From positions 248,001-312,000 of the forward strand of contig JAPMXV010000051.1 of assembly GCA_026936335.1 (NCBI GenBank): a stretch of DNA of 64,000 nt, given 5' to 3'. The stretch comes from Mantamonas sphyraenae STR306. Its lineage: Eukaryota > Protista > CRuMs. This document shows, one piece after another, positions 32,326 through 50,166 of the stretch. The notes under the pieces were generated by a model. The model saw nothing but the letters and a program-made list of their open reading frames with translations. It had not been told where the DNA came from and made no database searches. How positions within the stretch are numbered: the stretch's first letter is position 1; each line of letters starts with the position of its first letter. Both the position numbers and the translations under genes were made by a program.

Positions 32326-33700
32326 ATGTTCTCTCGCCTTCGTCAAGGCTGCAGCACAACAGGCACCTCTGTGGCCGTGGCTCATGCCCCTGGCCTTATT
32401 TTGGGCCGTGAGGGAGCCCGTTCCCTTCACAGCCACCATCCCTCCGAGAGGATGCTGCACCCGGATTGCGGTGACATCAGTGGCAAGCGTGTGCTTGTCG
32501 TCGGTGCCAGCGGCCAAATCGGCACCGAGCTGGTGCGCACTCTGCGAGAAATCCTGGGCAAGGACCAGGTCGTTGCATCGGACATCCGTCGCGAGCCTGA
32601 AGGGTTCAGTGAGGGCCCCTACCGCTACGCAGACGTACGCTCACGCTCCAACATCGAGCGCCTGGTGGTGGAGAACGACATCGACTGGATTGTGCACAAT
32701 GCCTCCCTGCTCAGTGTCACCGGCGAGCAGAACCCGCAGCTCGCCCTGGACGTCAACATTGAAGGGCTTAAAATCGTCCTCGAAATCGCCCGCTTCCACG
32801 GCACACGCGTTCTTTCACCCAGCTCCATTGCTGCGTTTGGTCCTTGTATGTTGCAAGGGCGGTTGTGACCGTGCTCGGATCGCCCTTGCGTCACGCCTGT
32901 GCCGCCTTTGCCTTGTTCCCGTGAATCTTCTTGTCCCCCTTGCATGTCCTAACACCCTCCCCTGCAGCAACCCCGCTTGACAACACGCCCAATGAGACCA
33001 TCATGCGTCCCACCACTGTGTATGGCATTTCCAAGATCGTCACCGAGCTCCTGGGCCAGTATTACAACTCCAAATACGGCGTGGACTTCCGCTCTCTGCG
33101 CTATCCGGGTGTCATCAGCTGTGCGTTGCTTTCCCGCCCGCCACCCTTTGCCCACACGCTTGTCCCACTCCTCGTCACCCCTTGCTTACATTTTCCTATC
33201 TGTCGCCCTTTCATGACCACCCTTGCATGCACGCACGCCTGCTCACAGCCGATGCGCCGCCTGGAGGAGGAACAACGGACTATGCCGTTGCCATCTACCG
33301 CGACGCCGTGGCCAAGCACAGCTACGAGTGCTACCTGGAGCCCGACATGGAGCTGCCGATGATGTTCATGCCCGACTGCCTGCGAGCCACCATTGGACTT
33401 CTCACAGCCCCTGAGGAGCTGCTGTCCACACGCACCTACAACGTGTCCGGGTGCAGCTTCACACCCGAGCAGCAGGCTGAGAGCATCCGCAAGTTTATGC
33501 CCGACTTTAAAATCACCTACAACGTCGACCACCGCAACAAGATTGCTGCCTCCTGGCCCAACTCCCTCGATGACAGCCTTGCAAGGAACGACTGGGGCTG
33601 GGAGCACGAGTACGGCCTCCCAGAGATGACTGAGCACATGCTCACAGCCCTCGGCAGCAAGAGCAAGCAGGGCGAGTTTCAGGAGAAATACACCGCGTGA
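32326..33700 (+). CDS. TDH: L-threonine 3-dehydrogenase (mitochondrial-type extended SDR), 2 introns
   Basis: '[14 protein letters not shown]', '[15 protein letters not shown]', 'PSSIAAFGP', '[10 protein letters not shown]', 'DFRSLRYPG', '[10 protein letters not shown]', 'IAASWP'. Introns ~32846-32967 and ~33121-33248. Confidence 0.92.
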
Positions 33701-33721
33701 TTGATTGATTGATGGCTTCCA

Positions 33722-38900
<5,179 letters not shown>

Positions 38901-38962
38901 ACCCGATCCTTGGACCATCCCAATCCCGCATCTTCCTCCAACCACCCAGCTACACTCAGGCC

Positions 38963-40300
38963 ATGTCCAAGGCTCCCTGTCGTTTCCACTTTGCGGGCGG
39001 ATGCCGCAAGGGCGTGGACTGCAAGTTCAGCCATGACCCAAGCTCCGCCGCGTCCCTCAAGTCCACCAAACCGTGCGTGTACTTCCAAAAGGGCATCTGT
39101 GCACGCGGAGATGCCTGTTTGTTTGTACACGAGGTCAAGAAGGTGCGCAACAACAAGCCCTCGTCCGACCCAAAGCCCAAAAAGGAACGCATCATCCAGA
39201 AGCCCATTTCCACAGTCGTCCCACGCTCCACCAAACCCTCTTTCCTCGCCTGGGACGGCAAATCCAGCAAGAATGGCGTCGATGATGACGTCGACTCCAG
39301 CGCACACCCAGACGCCCCCTCCTTTGTCCTCGGTGCAGACGACGACGAGCCCAGCCAAGGCGACGAGGCCGACTTTGTCAAGCTTCAGCCGCGAGCTCAA
39401 GTCCTCAAGCTGGAAAACACAAACGGCGGCCAGAAATTAACGTCGTCGAGCAGCAGCAGTGAGAATGGCAACAGCACAACCACCACGACCACCACGTCCA
39501 CCTCCACCGCCTCTTTCCGAGAAACGCTCATGCATGACGTGCCCCACAACGACCACTACGAACTCCTGCCCCTGTGTCACTTCCACAAGACGAACAACTG
39601 CAAGTTTGGAACCGGTTGCCGCAAGTTGCACGGTCTCCAATGCCCGTCCTGCGCCGAAAATGTCCTCTTTCCCGACGAAGATCCGCGTGCGCCGCAAAAC
39701 GCCCTCCACTTGGACGAGTGCTCCTCCTCCCAGCTGGAACTGCAGGAACTGGCAGAATCTTCCGAGTTCGAGTGTGGCATCTGCTTTGAGAACGTCGTCG
39801 CACGCGGAGAACGCTTCGGTCTCCTCGAAAACTGCGACCACCCATTCTGCCTCCCGTGCATCCGTGAGTGGCGTGCCACCTCCAAGGACGCCAAACTGTG
39901 TCCCCTGTGCCGTCAGCTCTCCCACTTGGTGATCCCTTGCACACGTCTGGTCACAGGCACACGCAAGGCCGCCGAGAAGAAGCGCTACCTCGACAAGCTT
40001 GCTCAGATCCCCTGCCAGCTCTTTGCAAATGGCACCGGCGAGTGTCCCTACGGCTCCAGTTGCCTCTATCTCCACAAGGGCCAGAGCAAGGAGCCACCAA
40101 CCCTTGTCAGCTCCCAGAGCGGCCGCATCAAGCCCCAGCGCCAGATCACCTTGGCCGCCTTTGTCGATCCGGAATCCGCCCCGTACGACGACAGCGTCGA
40201 CGACGACGACGCCTACGCGGACGACGACGAGGCAGAGCAAGAGGAAATTGACGAGGTGGAACGACTGCGACGCAAGGTGGCTGCTCTCGAAGCATCCTGA
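38963..40300 (+). CDS. Makorin-like E3 ligase, copy 2
   Basis: CCCH x3, 'ECGICFE...RFGLLENCDHPFCLPCIREWR...CPLCR', 'CPYGSSCLYLH'. Start taken at MSKAPC. Confidence 0.85.
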   Translation: MSKAPCRFHFAGGCRKGVDCKFSHDPSSAASLKSTKPCVYFQKGICARGDACLFVHEVKKVRNNKPSSDPKPKKERIIQKPISTVVPRSTKPSFLAWDGKSSKNGVDDDVDSSAHPDAPSFVLGADDDEPSQGDEADFVKLQPRAQVLKLENTNGGQKLTSSSSSSENGNSTTTTTTTSTSTASFRETLMHDVPHNDHYELLPLCHFHKTNNCKFGTGCRKLHGLQCPSCAENVLFPDEDPRAPQNALHLDECSSSQLELQELAESSEFECGICFENVVARGERFGLLENCDHPFCLPCIREWRATSKDAKLCPLCRQLSHLVIPCTRLVTGTRKAAEKKRYLDKLAQIPCQLFANGTGECPYGSSCLYLHKGQSKEPPTLVSSQSGRIKPQRQITLAAFVDPESAPYDDSVDDDDAYADDDEAEQEEIDEVERLRRKVAALEAS

Positions 40301-40350
40301 CGGGGGAAACACGAGTGGACTGGACTGGGGAATCACATCCTTTCTTGTTG

Positions 40351-42980
40351 TCATTGCTTGGGGTCGAACGGACCCAACTCGTCCTCCTGCTCCTCAATCT
40401 CATCCCGTGTGTCGTCAGCGTCCTCCTGCTCCTCAGAGGCCTCGTCGGCCGCCACCGGCTCGATGGGCCCCAGTTCGTCCTCCTGCTGCCCGACCTCGGT
40501 TGCGCCCACGCCTGCTGCCGCACCTGCGGTGCTGTTGGCCAGCTCCGACTCGCCAAGGACGCCCATGGTGGATTCACTTTCTGTGTTGTTGCGCTGTGCA
40601 CGCTCAAAGTCGTCGCCCTGCAGCTCCGGGTCTACCCAGACGCCGCCCAGCACGTTGGCGTACGTCGGCACATACAGATCCACCTTGCGCAGGCTCGTGA
40701 AATCCGGCAGATCCTCGGGCTTCTGCTGCGGTGCAGATTCGGCGTCCTTGTTGTCTGAGCGCAGGCGCTGGAACACCGAACGCGGCGTCAGCACGTACAC
40801 AATCGGGATGGCGCACGCCAGAATGTACATCGGGATCATTGCCGCTGGCTGGTCAAACAGAGGCAGCACGGGCATCTTGGAATGCACCCACTGGTTGGCC
40901 GAGTAGAAAAACAGACCCAGGTAGCAGTGCAGCGCCGGAATGAACGGCGTCACGCGTGTGTTGATCAGCACCGCCAGATCGGGGCCAATCTTGGGCGGCT
41001 TCTTGCACTGCCGCAACAGGTTGTACTTGTCCACCCAAAACGTAAACGTCAGCGTCAGGATGGCCAGAAAGTACGTAAACGGGATCGCACTGCCGAAAAA
41101 CATGGCCACCGCCACCTGCTTCAGGACAAACTGGTAGCGCATGCCCACGGAGAACTCGCGGCACTGGTACAGGTGGTTCAGCTGGCTCTGGGTCAGCGCC
41201 TTGGGTGTGTTGCGCTTGCGTGTCCACCAGATGTCCGGACGATAGTACTCAAAGGCGTTCATGACAATGGTGTCGCCAATCATGATGTTGAACAGGTACA
41301 GCGGCACGTCCTCATACCACTCCTTGTTGGTGACGTCGAAGCCCCACACCACAAACGCAATGACCACGGTGTTGAGGAACTGGAAGAAGAAGAGTCGCAC
41401 AAACACCCAGGTCTCCATGGTCGAGATGCGGTGGAAGCGTTCCACAGCACGCGCAAGTGCAGGGATGGACAGGAACAGGATCACGTTGCACAGAATGATG
41501 CCCAGTGTGGACACCACGTTGGCCAAGTACTTGTACTGGCCCTTGTCCACCTGTGCAAACAGGTAGTTGCCCTCGTTCACCGCCGCCAACGCGCCCGTCA
41601 TCAGCACAATCAGCAGCATGGACAGCAGCGACGTCAGCAGAAACTGACCCAACTGGGACCAGAATGAAAACTCCATGTTTTGCCACACGTAGTCGTTCGG
41701 CTCATCTGCACGCTGGCCCACAAGCACATGGTTTCCAGGCGTCCAAGTCGCCGGCTCCCCACGCTTGTCCGAGCTCCAAAAGTGCCACCACGACGGGCGC
41801 GGCGCATACTCCTCCAGGCACGCCTGCGCAGACGTTGCCTTGTCAAACGTGATCACCACAATGCCCGTGCCCTCAAACGACTGCTGCTGCATCCTCTCCA
41901 GATCCTGCTCCACCTGCGCCAGCTCCTTCTTCAGTGATGCCAGCTTCGCCTCCTCTGTCGCCTTCAAGCCGTAGAACTCTTCCCGAAGCTGCAGATCCAC
42001 AATCTTTTGGCGGATCTCTCCAAGCTGCTCGCTGCTCACGTGGTACTCAAACTGCTTCAGCGACACCGCCACATTCACAATGCGCCCAAAACGCGAAAAG
42101 AAGTTGCGCAGCTCCTCCGTGTCGGTTGCTGTCGACGGCAACCCGTTGATTTGCACCGAATACGACGACGCAAAGTGGCTCTCCTCCAGCAGGCCCCGTG
42201 TCACGCCCGTTTGCTTCCAGCGGATCCACAGGATGCCCAACACTGCCAGCAGCGTGTAGATCAGGTCAAAGACACCCTGCCACACAGACGGCTTGACTGT
42301 GTGTGTTGTGTGCACGAGATTGTCCGTGTCCGTGTCAGCTCTCGCCCTCAGCCTGTCCCTGCCTGCCTCGCGAGAGGGTTCTCGTCACGCGCGCGCCGGC
42401 CCCTCTTTTGCTCCGTCCCGCCCGAGCCCCTCCTGCACACTCACATGCGATGTTTCCCAGCGACAGGCCGGTGGTGAAGCTCTGCGGAAAGTGCAGGGCA
42501 CGTGCCGCAGTGCCACCCGAGTTCTCAAACATTGCCGGCAAGGACAGCAGGAAAATGAGCAACACGACAGAGATGAGGTTGCGCTGTTCAACGACCCCAC
42601 ATACATGCGTACCGGCCCCTCATGTCAGTGGTCTCGCTTCCAACACACACGCACATACACACACACGCCCACACACGTCGTGTACAGACATCCAACTCAC
42701 CACCCATGCGAAATACAGCGAGATGCCGAGGCCGCCAACCTTGCCCAGCTCCGTCACGTTTGTCTTGACTACGTCGTACGGCCGTCCGCTTTCATTAAAC
42801 ACCTTTTCACGGTTGGCCACTTCCTTGGCCAAGTCCACACTCAGATTATCCGGAGGTGGCTGTGTGGAACACCAACTTCCCATTCCTTCGGCTCGTTTCG
42901 TTGGCCCCATTTGTGACCGCTGCCATACATCACACACACTGCCAAACCAGCTGAAAACAACACGACTAAATCGTCCATTT
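40351..42980 (-). CDS. OSCA/TMEM63 (CSC1-like) membrane channel, multi-exon (5' end approximate)
   Basis: 'SYSVQINGLP', RRM-like cytosolic domain 'GIVVITF', 'ADEPNDYVWQN', ~10 TM segments, 'FWVDKYNLLR..KKPP'. Confidence 0.75.
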
Positions 42981-43024
42981 GCTCCTCTTGCCTGCTGTTC
43001 CCCACACACTTCCAAGTCATCAAA

Positions 43025-45591
43025 TTACCATTCGAGGTTGCGGAAGCCGCTCTCAATGTCGTCGTACAGCTTCTGCATCTCCTCGACCAGCGACTCTTCG
43101 CCCAGCTCGTTGTGGTCCAGGAACTTCATGCGCGTCAGACGGTAGATCTGATCCTTCAGAGCAGACTGGATCGTGCCAAAGGTCAGCTTGTGGTCGATGG
43201 GCGAGCCCTCGATAGCCTTGACACCCAGCTGGTAAAAGTGCACAAAGTTGCGCATCATCCACACGGTCTTGTAGAACGGGCAGTAGCGATCGTACTTGGA
43301 GAAACCGTTCTGCTGCAGGTAATCCTCACGCAGCAGCTTGGCCACCTCCAGCGTCAGCTTGTCCACCTCGGCAAGCGAATCCTTACCCACCAGCTGCACA
43401 ATCTGCGTCAGGTCGTCCTCCTGCTGCAGAACTTCCTTCACCGTGGCGCGCAGACCCACAAAGTCCGAGTCCACCGTGTTGTAAAAGTCGGCCAGCGCCT
43501 TGTCGTACTTCGAGTACGAGATCAGCCAGTTCAGCGACGGGAAATGCTTGCGCTGGGCCAACTTCTTGTCCAGACCCCAGAACACCTGCACAATACCCAG
43601 CGTGGCGCTCGTCACCGGATCCGAAAAGTCTCCACCGGGCGGCGACACGGCGGCCACAATGGTCACCGAGCCCGTGCGCGACGGCGAACCAATGCACGAC
43701 ACACGGCCGGCACGCTCGTAGAACGAGGCCAGACGTGCACCCAGGTACGCGGGGTAACCCGAATCGGCGGGCATTTCGGCCAGACGACCCGAAATCTCAC
43801 GCAGGGCCTCGGCCCAACGCGACGACGAGTCTGCCATCATCGACACGTTCATGCCCATGTCACGCAGGTACTCCGACAGCGTAATGCCGGTGTAGATGCT
43901 TGCCTCACGCGCAGCCACAGGCATGTTGGACGTGTTGGCCACCAGCGTCGTGCGGTTCATAATCGACTCCTTCTTGCCGTTGTACTCCAGCTCCAGCTCG
44001 GGGAACTCCATCAACACCTCTGCCATCTCGTTGCCACGCTCGCCGCAACCGACGTACACAATGGCGTCCGAGTTGGAGTACTTGGACAGCGACTGCGAAA
44101 TCACAGTCTTGCCGCAGCCAAACGCACCGGGGATGCACGTCGTACCACCCTGCACCGTGGGGAACAGGGCGTCCAGCACACGCTGGCCCGTAATCAGCGG
44201 GTAGTTCGCAGGCAGCTTCTCAATGCACGGGCGCTCCTCACGCACGGGCCACGTCTGCATCATCGTCAGCTCGTGCTTCTCGCCATCCACGTCTTCGATC
44301 ACAGCCACCGTGTCTGCAACCGTGTACTCGCCCTCGGGCATGATTTCGACCAGGCGGCCAGAAAGCTTGGGCGGCACCATCACCTTTTGCGTGACCAGCA
44401 CGTTCTCCACCACCTCTCCCAGGAAGTCTCCCTCGCCCAACACTTGGTCCACGTTCAGCTTCTCCGGCGTGAATGTCCACGTCTTGTCCCTGTCCAGGGC
44501 GTTGGTCTGGATACCGCGAGGGATGAAAATCGACTTGCTCTTCTCCGCAATGTCCTGCAGCGGACGCTGGATACCGTCGTAGATGTTATCCATCATACCT
44601 GTGATCCCAGTGATCCCATCATCCCGTGCCACCCATGGCCGCCGTTGCACGTGTGTCACGAGTCAGCCTCTCCAACCCCTGTGCCTCGCGTGCGTCTTTT
44701 GCCCTCCCAAAATACTTACCAGGGCCCAGTTCCACAGACAGCGGCTTGCCAGTGCGCAGCACAGGGTCGCCCACAGTCACACCCGCTGTGAGATGGATCC
44801 ACGCGCACACAAACACACACACATGTCCCCGTGTGTCGCGTTTGTACGTTGCGCGTGAACGAGTGCCAGTCGCGGTTTCTGCGTCAGTACACGCGCAAGA
44901 GAGGGAAATCGCACGCCCAGATCCGACCCTTTTTCTCACGCTCCTCCTCCCTCGCCCACGCCTCGCTCGGTGCCCTTCCACCGCCTCACACCCGGTCTCG
45001 TTCACATACACGTGTCCTCGTACACCTGGATGGTGGCCGTGTCGTCCTCCAGACGAATGATCTCGCCGACCAGACCAAAGTACCCGACGCGAACCTGCAA
45101 CACAGCCATTTGTCAGTCCCGTCTCCTCCACACAACAAGCCTTTTGCACCCCTGACCACGCTCGCACCGCAAGTCCATCCATTGTGTGGCTTCGTACGGC
45201 GGCTGCTACGCACACAGCACGCCGCACGACACCATGGCGGCCCGCAAACGCAGATGCTGCGAAATGCGTGCGTGGACTTTGACCCTGTGCTTCTGCGCTG
45301 CCCAACGCCTCTCACAACAGGCCGTTCTCATCGCCTACATGCCCAAGCACACACAACCTACCAGCTCGTACATGGCTGCACCGCGCATTGCCTCGGCGAT
45401 CACGACTGTGAACGTGTGGGTGGGCCAAAGAGAGTCAGCGTGTCAGCGGGATTGCGTCTCCAGCCGCCGCCACCCCGCTCCGAAAACCTACCAGGACCGG
45501 ACACGGCGTACACCACGCCGTAATCCGACTCCTTCTCGCCATCGTCCATCTTCACCAAGTAGTTTTTGGTCGATTCAATCAGACTGCTCAT
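43025..45591 (-). CDS. ATP6V1A: V-type H+-ATPase catalytic subunit A, several 5' introns
   Basis: '[10 protein letters not shown]', 'PLSVELGPG', P-loop 'PGAFGCGKT', '[11 protein letters not shown]', '[10 protein letters not shown]', '[12 protein letters not shown]'. Confidence 0.97.
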
Positions 45592-45677
45592 TGTTGCGTT
45601 TTGCTGCCAGAGCCGTCGCACACACACACACTCACTGCACTCATCACTCCCATTCACGCGTCCATCCCGCAAGCCAA

Positions 45678-46868
45678 TCATGCCTTGCGCTTGTCCTTGC
45701 AAATGCCCATTGCCAGCAGACTCTCGGCCATGTCCACCAGAGTGTCCTCCACTGGGCGGAACTTCAACCCCAGCTCCTCCTGCACCAAGGAGTTGTCAAA
45801 CTCGTATTCCGCACTCAGGTTCTCCTTCATGAAACCCCATGTGACTTTGCTGTTGAAAACGGTCGCCACCATTGCCACCCAGTCTGGGATGTTTGCTGTG
45901 GGGAACTTCCACTCCGGGTAGTGGGGCTCCAACAGGGCACTCAACTCACGTTGCCACATGCACTGCGCCGCCAGGATAAAGCGCTTGCCATCCACACCAT
46001 CCTTTTCCATGGCCAGCACGTGCGCAAGCGCCACGTCCTGCACGTCCACAATACCAAAGCGCAAGTTCACAAGTCCCGGGTACTCCTCGTCCAGGAACGC
46101 AGACACCAGAGCAAACGACTGCGTCACGTACAGGTGCTTGCTCAACATGGTGCCCAGCACAGCCGACGGGTTGATTGTGCACAGCTCGAACCGCTCCTCT
46201 TCCGGCAGCTTCGCCTGAAAGTCCCACGCTGCCTTTTCTGCCAGCGTCTTGCTCAGCGGGTACGGTTGGCCGTCCAGCGTTGCATCTTCGCACCAGTCGT
46301 CGGGTGTAAATGTGCGCCCGTTCTTGTCCTTGATCGACTGGATGGCCACCACCGAGGAGGTCAACACCACCTTCTTCACCTTTGCTGCCCGTGCTGCCTC
46401 CATCACCGCCAGAGTGCCCTTCACGGCAGGATCCACAATCTCTTCCTGCGGGTTCTTGGATGTAGTCACGTAGGGGCTCGCCACGTGCACCACATAGTCG
46501 CAGCCGTTCACAACCGACTGGAATGCTTCCGGATCCGTCAATTCCGCCTCCTGCACATCCAACTCGTGCTTCGGGTTTTCGCACACCGCACGCAACGCAT
46601 CCACCTTGTCCTTGTTTTTCAACGAGCGCGTCGTTGCCACCACACGGTAGCCGCGCTCCAGCAGCAGCTTCGTCACCCACAGTCCGATGAACCCTGTCGC
46701 TCCAGTGACAAGCACCTTGGCGTCCTCGTCCCCTTCCGTACCAGACACGTCCACCACAGTCTCCTCTTGCTCCTCTTGCTCCTCTTGCTCCTCTTGCTCC
46801 TCTTGCTCCTCTTGCTCCTCGTGTTCCCCTTGTTGCTCCTCTTGCTTTGTTGGCTCGGTTGTGCTCAT
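45678..46868 (-). CDS. NAD(P)-dependent epimerase/reductase (dihydroflavonol-reductase/aldehyde reductase-like extended SDR) with N-terminal (EEQ)n repeat
   Basis: 'VLVTGATGFIG', 'HVASP', 'VVLTSSV', 'YPLSKTLAEKAAW', 'VDVQDVA'; 9-bp repeat at ~46761-46820. Confidence 0.9.
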   Translation of the reverse strand: MSTTEPTKQEEQQGEHEEQEEQEEQEEQEEQEEQEETVVDVSGTEGDEDAKVLVTGATGFIGLWVTKLLLERGYRVVATTRSLKNKDKVDALRAVCENPKHELDVQEAELTDPEAFQSVVNGCDYVVHVASPYVTTSKNPQEEIVDPAVKGTLAVMEAARAAKVKKVVLTSSVVAIQSIKDKNGRTFTPDDWCEDATLDGQPYPLSKTLAEKAAWDFQAKLPEEERFELCTINPSAVLGTMLSKHLYVTQSFALVSAFLDEEYPGLVNLRFGIVDVQDVALAHVLAMEKDGVDGKRFILAAQCMWQRELSALLEPHYPEWKFPTANIPDWVAMVATVFNSKVTWGFMKENLSAEYEFDNSLVQEELGLKFRPVEDTLVDMAESLLAMGICKDKRKA

Positions 46869-46999
46869 CGTGTTGCCCAAGCTCTCGCGGCAACCACCAT
46901 CCACGCACTCGTCACATCCATTCGCCATTCGGAGGATCACTCAGCTTAATCACCCATTCATCCATGCCTCCTACCTGGCCATGACCGGAGCTCGCGTCG

Positions 47000-49900
47000 A
47001 TGGACCCAGCGCAAATCCCATCGAGAATGGTGAGCCACTTTTCCCGTCTCCTTTTCTCCAAAACCCCACCCCCCCCCCGAACGCCCTGGCACACCGCGCT
47101 CACACATCTGCCTCACACCCTCGGCTTGTGCAACTCACCCGCACGACACCTGCACCCGTTGCCGTCTGCAGTCATCCAAGGGCAAGAAGAAGGAAGGAAA
47201 CGCAAAATACTTTCAGTCGAAGCGCGGCGAGCTTCAGCTCCTGGAGAAGGACCTGGCCTCCAAGAGCAAGGACACCCAGAAGGAGGCCATCAAGAAGGTC
47301 ATTGCCTTTATGACTCTCGGTAAGGACGTCAGCTCCCTCTTCATGGACGTCCTCAAGTGCATCAACACAGACGACATTGAACTCAAGAAGCTCGTCTACC
47401 TTTACATTGTCAACTACGCAACCACCCACCCGGACCTTGCCATCCTGGCCGTCAACACCTTTGTGCGCGTACGTCATACTCCTCATCCCATTGCCCTGCC
47501 TCGCCCTGCTTCTCCTCCGAGCCTCCGCCCCCTTCCCGGCTTTCCCCTCTAGCATTTTCCCTCCGACGCAACCGCAACCTGCACCGCCCTGCACTGCCTC
47601 TGCACATCCACCCTTGCTCACCCGTACCATTGCCTGCCTTTGTGGGCCTCCCTTTCGTCCATCTTGCCCACAGGACATGGACAACAAACAGAGCGCCATG
47701 GTCCGTGCGCTTGCCATCCGAACCATGGCCTCCATCCGCGTCGAAGAGATCGCCCTCTACCTCTGCCAGCCCCTTCGCGAGCTGCTCCAGGACAGCGACG
47801 CCTACGTACGCAAAACAGCCGCCGTCTGCGTGGCCAAGCTTTACGACGTCGCCCCCGACATGACGGAGGACCAGGGCCTCCTCGAGTGCCTCACCGACCT
47901 CCTGGCTGACAACAACCCTGTCGTCATCTCCAACGTCGTCTGTGCTCTCGCCGAAATCGCAAAGATCAACCCTCAGGCCCTCGAACTCACCTCTGACTCT
48001 GTCGCCAAGCTCCTCGTTGCCCTCAACGAGGCCACCGAGTGGGGCCAGGTCTCCATCCTCGATTCGCTCGCCTTTTATGAGCCTGGAAGCGCACGCGAGG
48101 CCGAGAGCATAGTCGAGCGTGTCGCGTCGCGTCTCAACCATGTCAACGCTGCCGTGGTGCTTTCCGCCGTCAAGGTCCTTGTCCTCTATCTCGAGCACTG
48201 CCAGGACACAGACTTTGTGCGCCAGTACCTCACCAAGCTCACCAACGCCCTCATCTCCCTCCTCTCCTTTGAGCCCGAAATCCAGTGGGTTGCCCTGCGC
48301 AACATCCAGCTCATCATCCAAAAGTACCCCAGTGTCCTCTCCTCCGAGGTCAAGGTGTTTTTCTGCAAGTTCAACGACCCCAGCTACGTCAAGGTCGAGA
48401 AGCTCGAAATCCTCGTCATGCTCGCGTCGGAAAGGAACATCGACGAGGTGCTGATGGAGTTTAAGCAGTACGCCGCCGAAATTGCCGTCGAAGTTGTGCG
48501 CAAGGCCATCCGCTGCTTTGCACGTGTGGCAATCAAGCTCGAAAACAGCGCTGAACGCTGCGTCCTCGCCCTCCTCGAGCTCATTGAGATGCAACCAGAC
48601 GTCAACTATATCATCCAGGAGGCCATCATTGTCATCAAAGACATCTTCCGCCGCTACCCGGGCGAGTACGAGTCGATCATCGACAAGCTCGCCTCGAATC
48701 TCACCGAACTCGACGAGCCCGAAGCCAAGGCTTCCATGATTTGGATCATTGGCGAGTATGCAGTCAACATCGACAACGCCAGTGCCCTCCTTGCCGACTT
48801 TGTCGACAGCTTTGAGGACGAGGAGGAGCAGGTCAAGATGCAGATTGTCACCGCCACCGTCAAGCTCTACCTCTCCAAACCCGATGAGGCCAAGGACATG
48901 CTGCGCGACGTGCTCGAGATGGCCACCGAGGACACCGAGCACCAGGATCTGCGTGACCGCGCCTACATCTACTGGCGCATGCTGAGTGTGTACGCCGACG
49001 AGGCCCAAGTCATTGTCATGTCCGAGAAGCCTCTCGTGGCCGATGACACAAACATGCTGCCCCAATCCACCCTGGACGTCCTGCTGCGCGAAATCAGCTC
49101 GGTCAGCTCCGTGCTGCACAAACCCTCGTCTGCGTTTGTCAGCAAGATCCAGAGCGCCGAGGAGGAGTACGAGTCCGACGAGGAGGACCTGGACTACAAG
49201 ACACAGCGCATCCACATCGACGAGAACGGCAACATGCACATTCAGGAAATGGAGAAGGGCAACAGCAGCGACAGCGGAAGTGCAAGCGGAAGCAGCAGCA
49301 CTCGCTATGCCAACGGTGACGACGACGACGACGGGCAGTTCTTTGTCGAATTTGAGGACAAGGCCGTGGGCCTGCCCGACGTCAGCGCCGACGTCAAGCC
49401 CTTGGTGCACCCCAGCAAGCTGGAACAGCTGGGCATCACAGGAGGCGTTGGATGCAACGGCGAAAACATCTTTCTCAAGGTCAACCTGCACAACAAGCGC
49501 AACGGCGAGGTGGACGACTTGCAACTGCAGATGAACGTCAACTCATTCGGCCTCAAGCTGGCCTCGCAGCCCGACTTTGATCCTGTGGCAGCAGGCAGCA
49601 CACGCGCCACACAGGTCAACCTCATCCTGGGCGGCGAGCCCAAGGACGGCAAAAAGGGCGTCACCAAAGCCCTGCAGTTTGCCGCCAAGACCAACCAGCA
49701 CGACACCGTCGCCTACTTTTCCGTGCCCGTGCCCTACCAGGTGTTTTTCGTGCCCGAAGGCAAGATCCCTCGCAAGCAGTTCCTGAACACCTGGGGCGAG
49801 ATTGGGGACGAGAGCGAAAGCGCGGTCACTGTGCAAGGCCCCAGCACAGAGGATGTCGACGAGGTGCAGCAGCTCCTCGAGGTGGCAAACGTCTACGTCA

Positions 49901-50106
49901 TCCACATCCGTCGCAATGTTTCGGGCGAAAACATGCACGTCATGTACCTGTGCACAAAGGCAGTCCACGGTCCGCTCTTCCTGGCCGAGCTCACGTTCCG
50001 CCCGGGCTCTGGTGAAGCTCGTCTCTGCTCTCGATCCGACCAGACCAAGTTTATTGACCTGTTTGAAGACGCCATGGTCTCTCTTCTTGGCGGCCAACGT
50101 GGATGA
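47000..50106 (+). CDS. AP-1/AP-2 adaptor complex beta subunit (beta-adaptin); introns ~47030-47171 and ~47469-47673
   Basis: '[17 protein letters not shown]', 'ELKKLVYLY', 'VRALAIRTM', '[13 protein letters not shown]', 'WIIGEYA', '[13 protein letters not shown]', plus C-terminal appendage. Confidence 0.92.
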
Positions 50107-50166
50107 TGATGGAAACCTTCCACAATGAAACAACAACAGCTCTTCAATCGCAATTGCACATTCCAA

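Noticed and set aside
44030-44065. VMA1-type intein in V-ATPase A
   Set aside because: The insertion-site motif [10 protein letters not shown] is contiguous.
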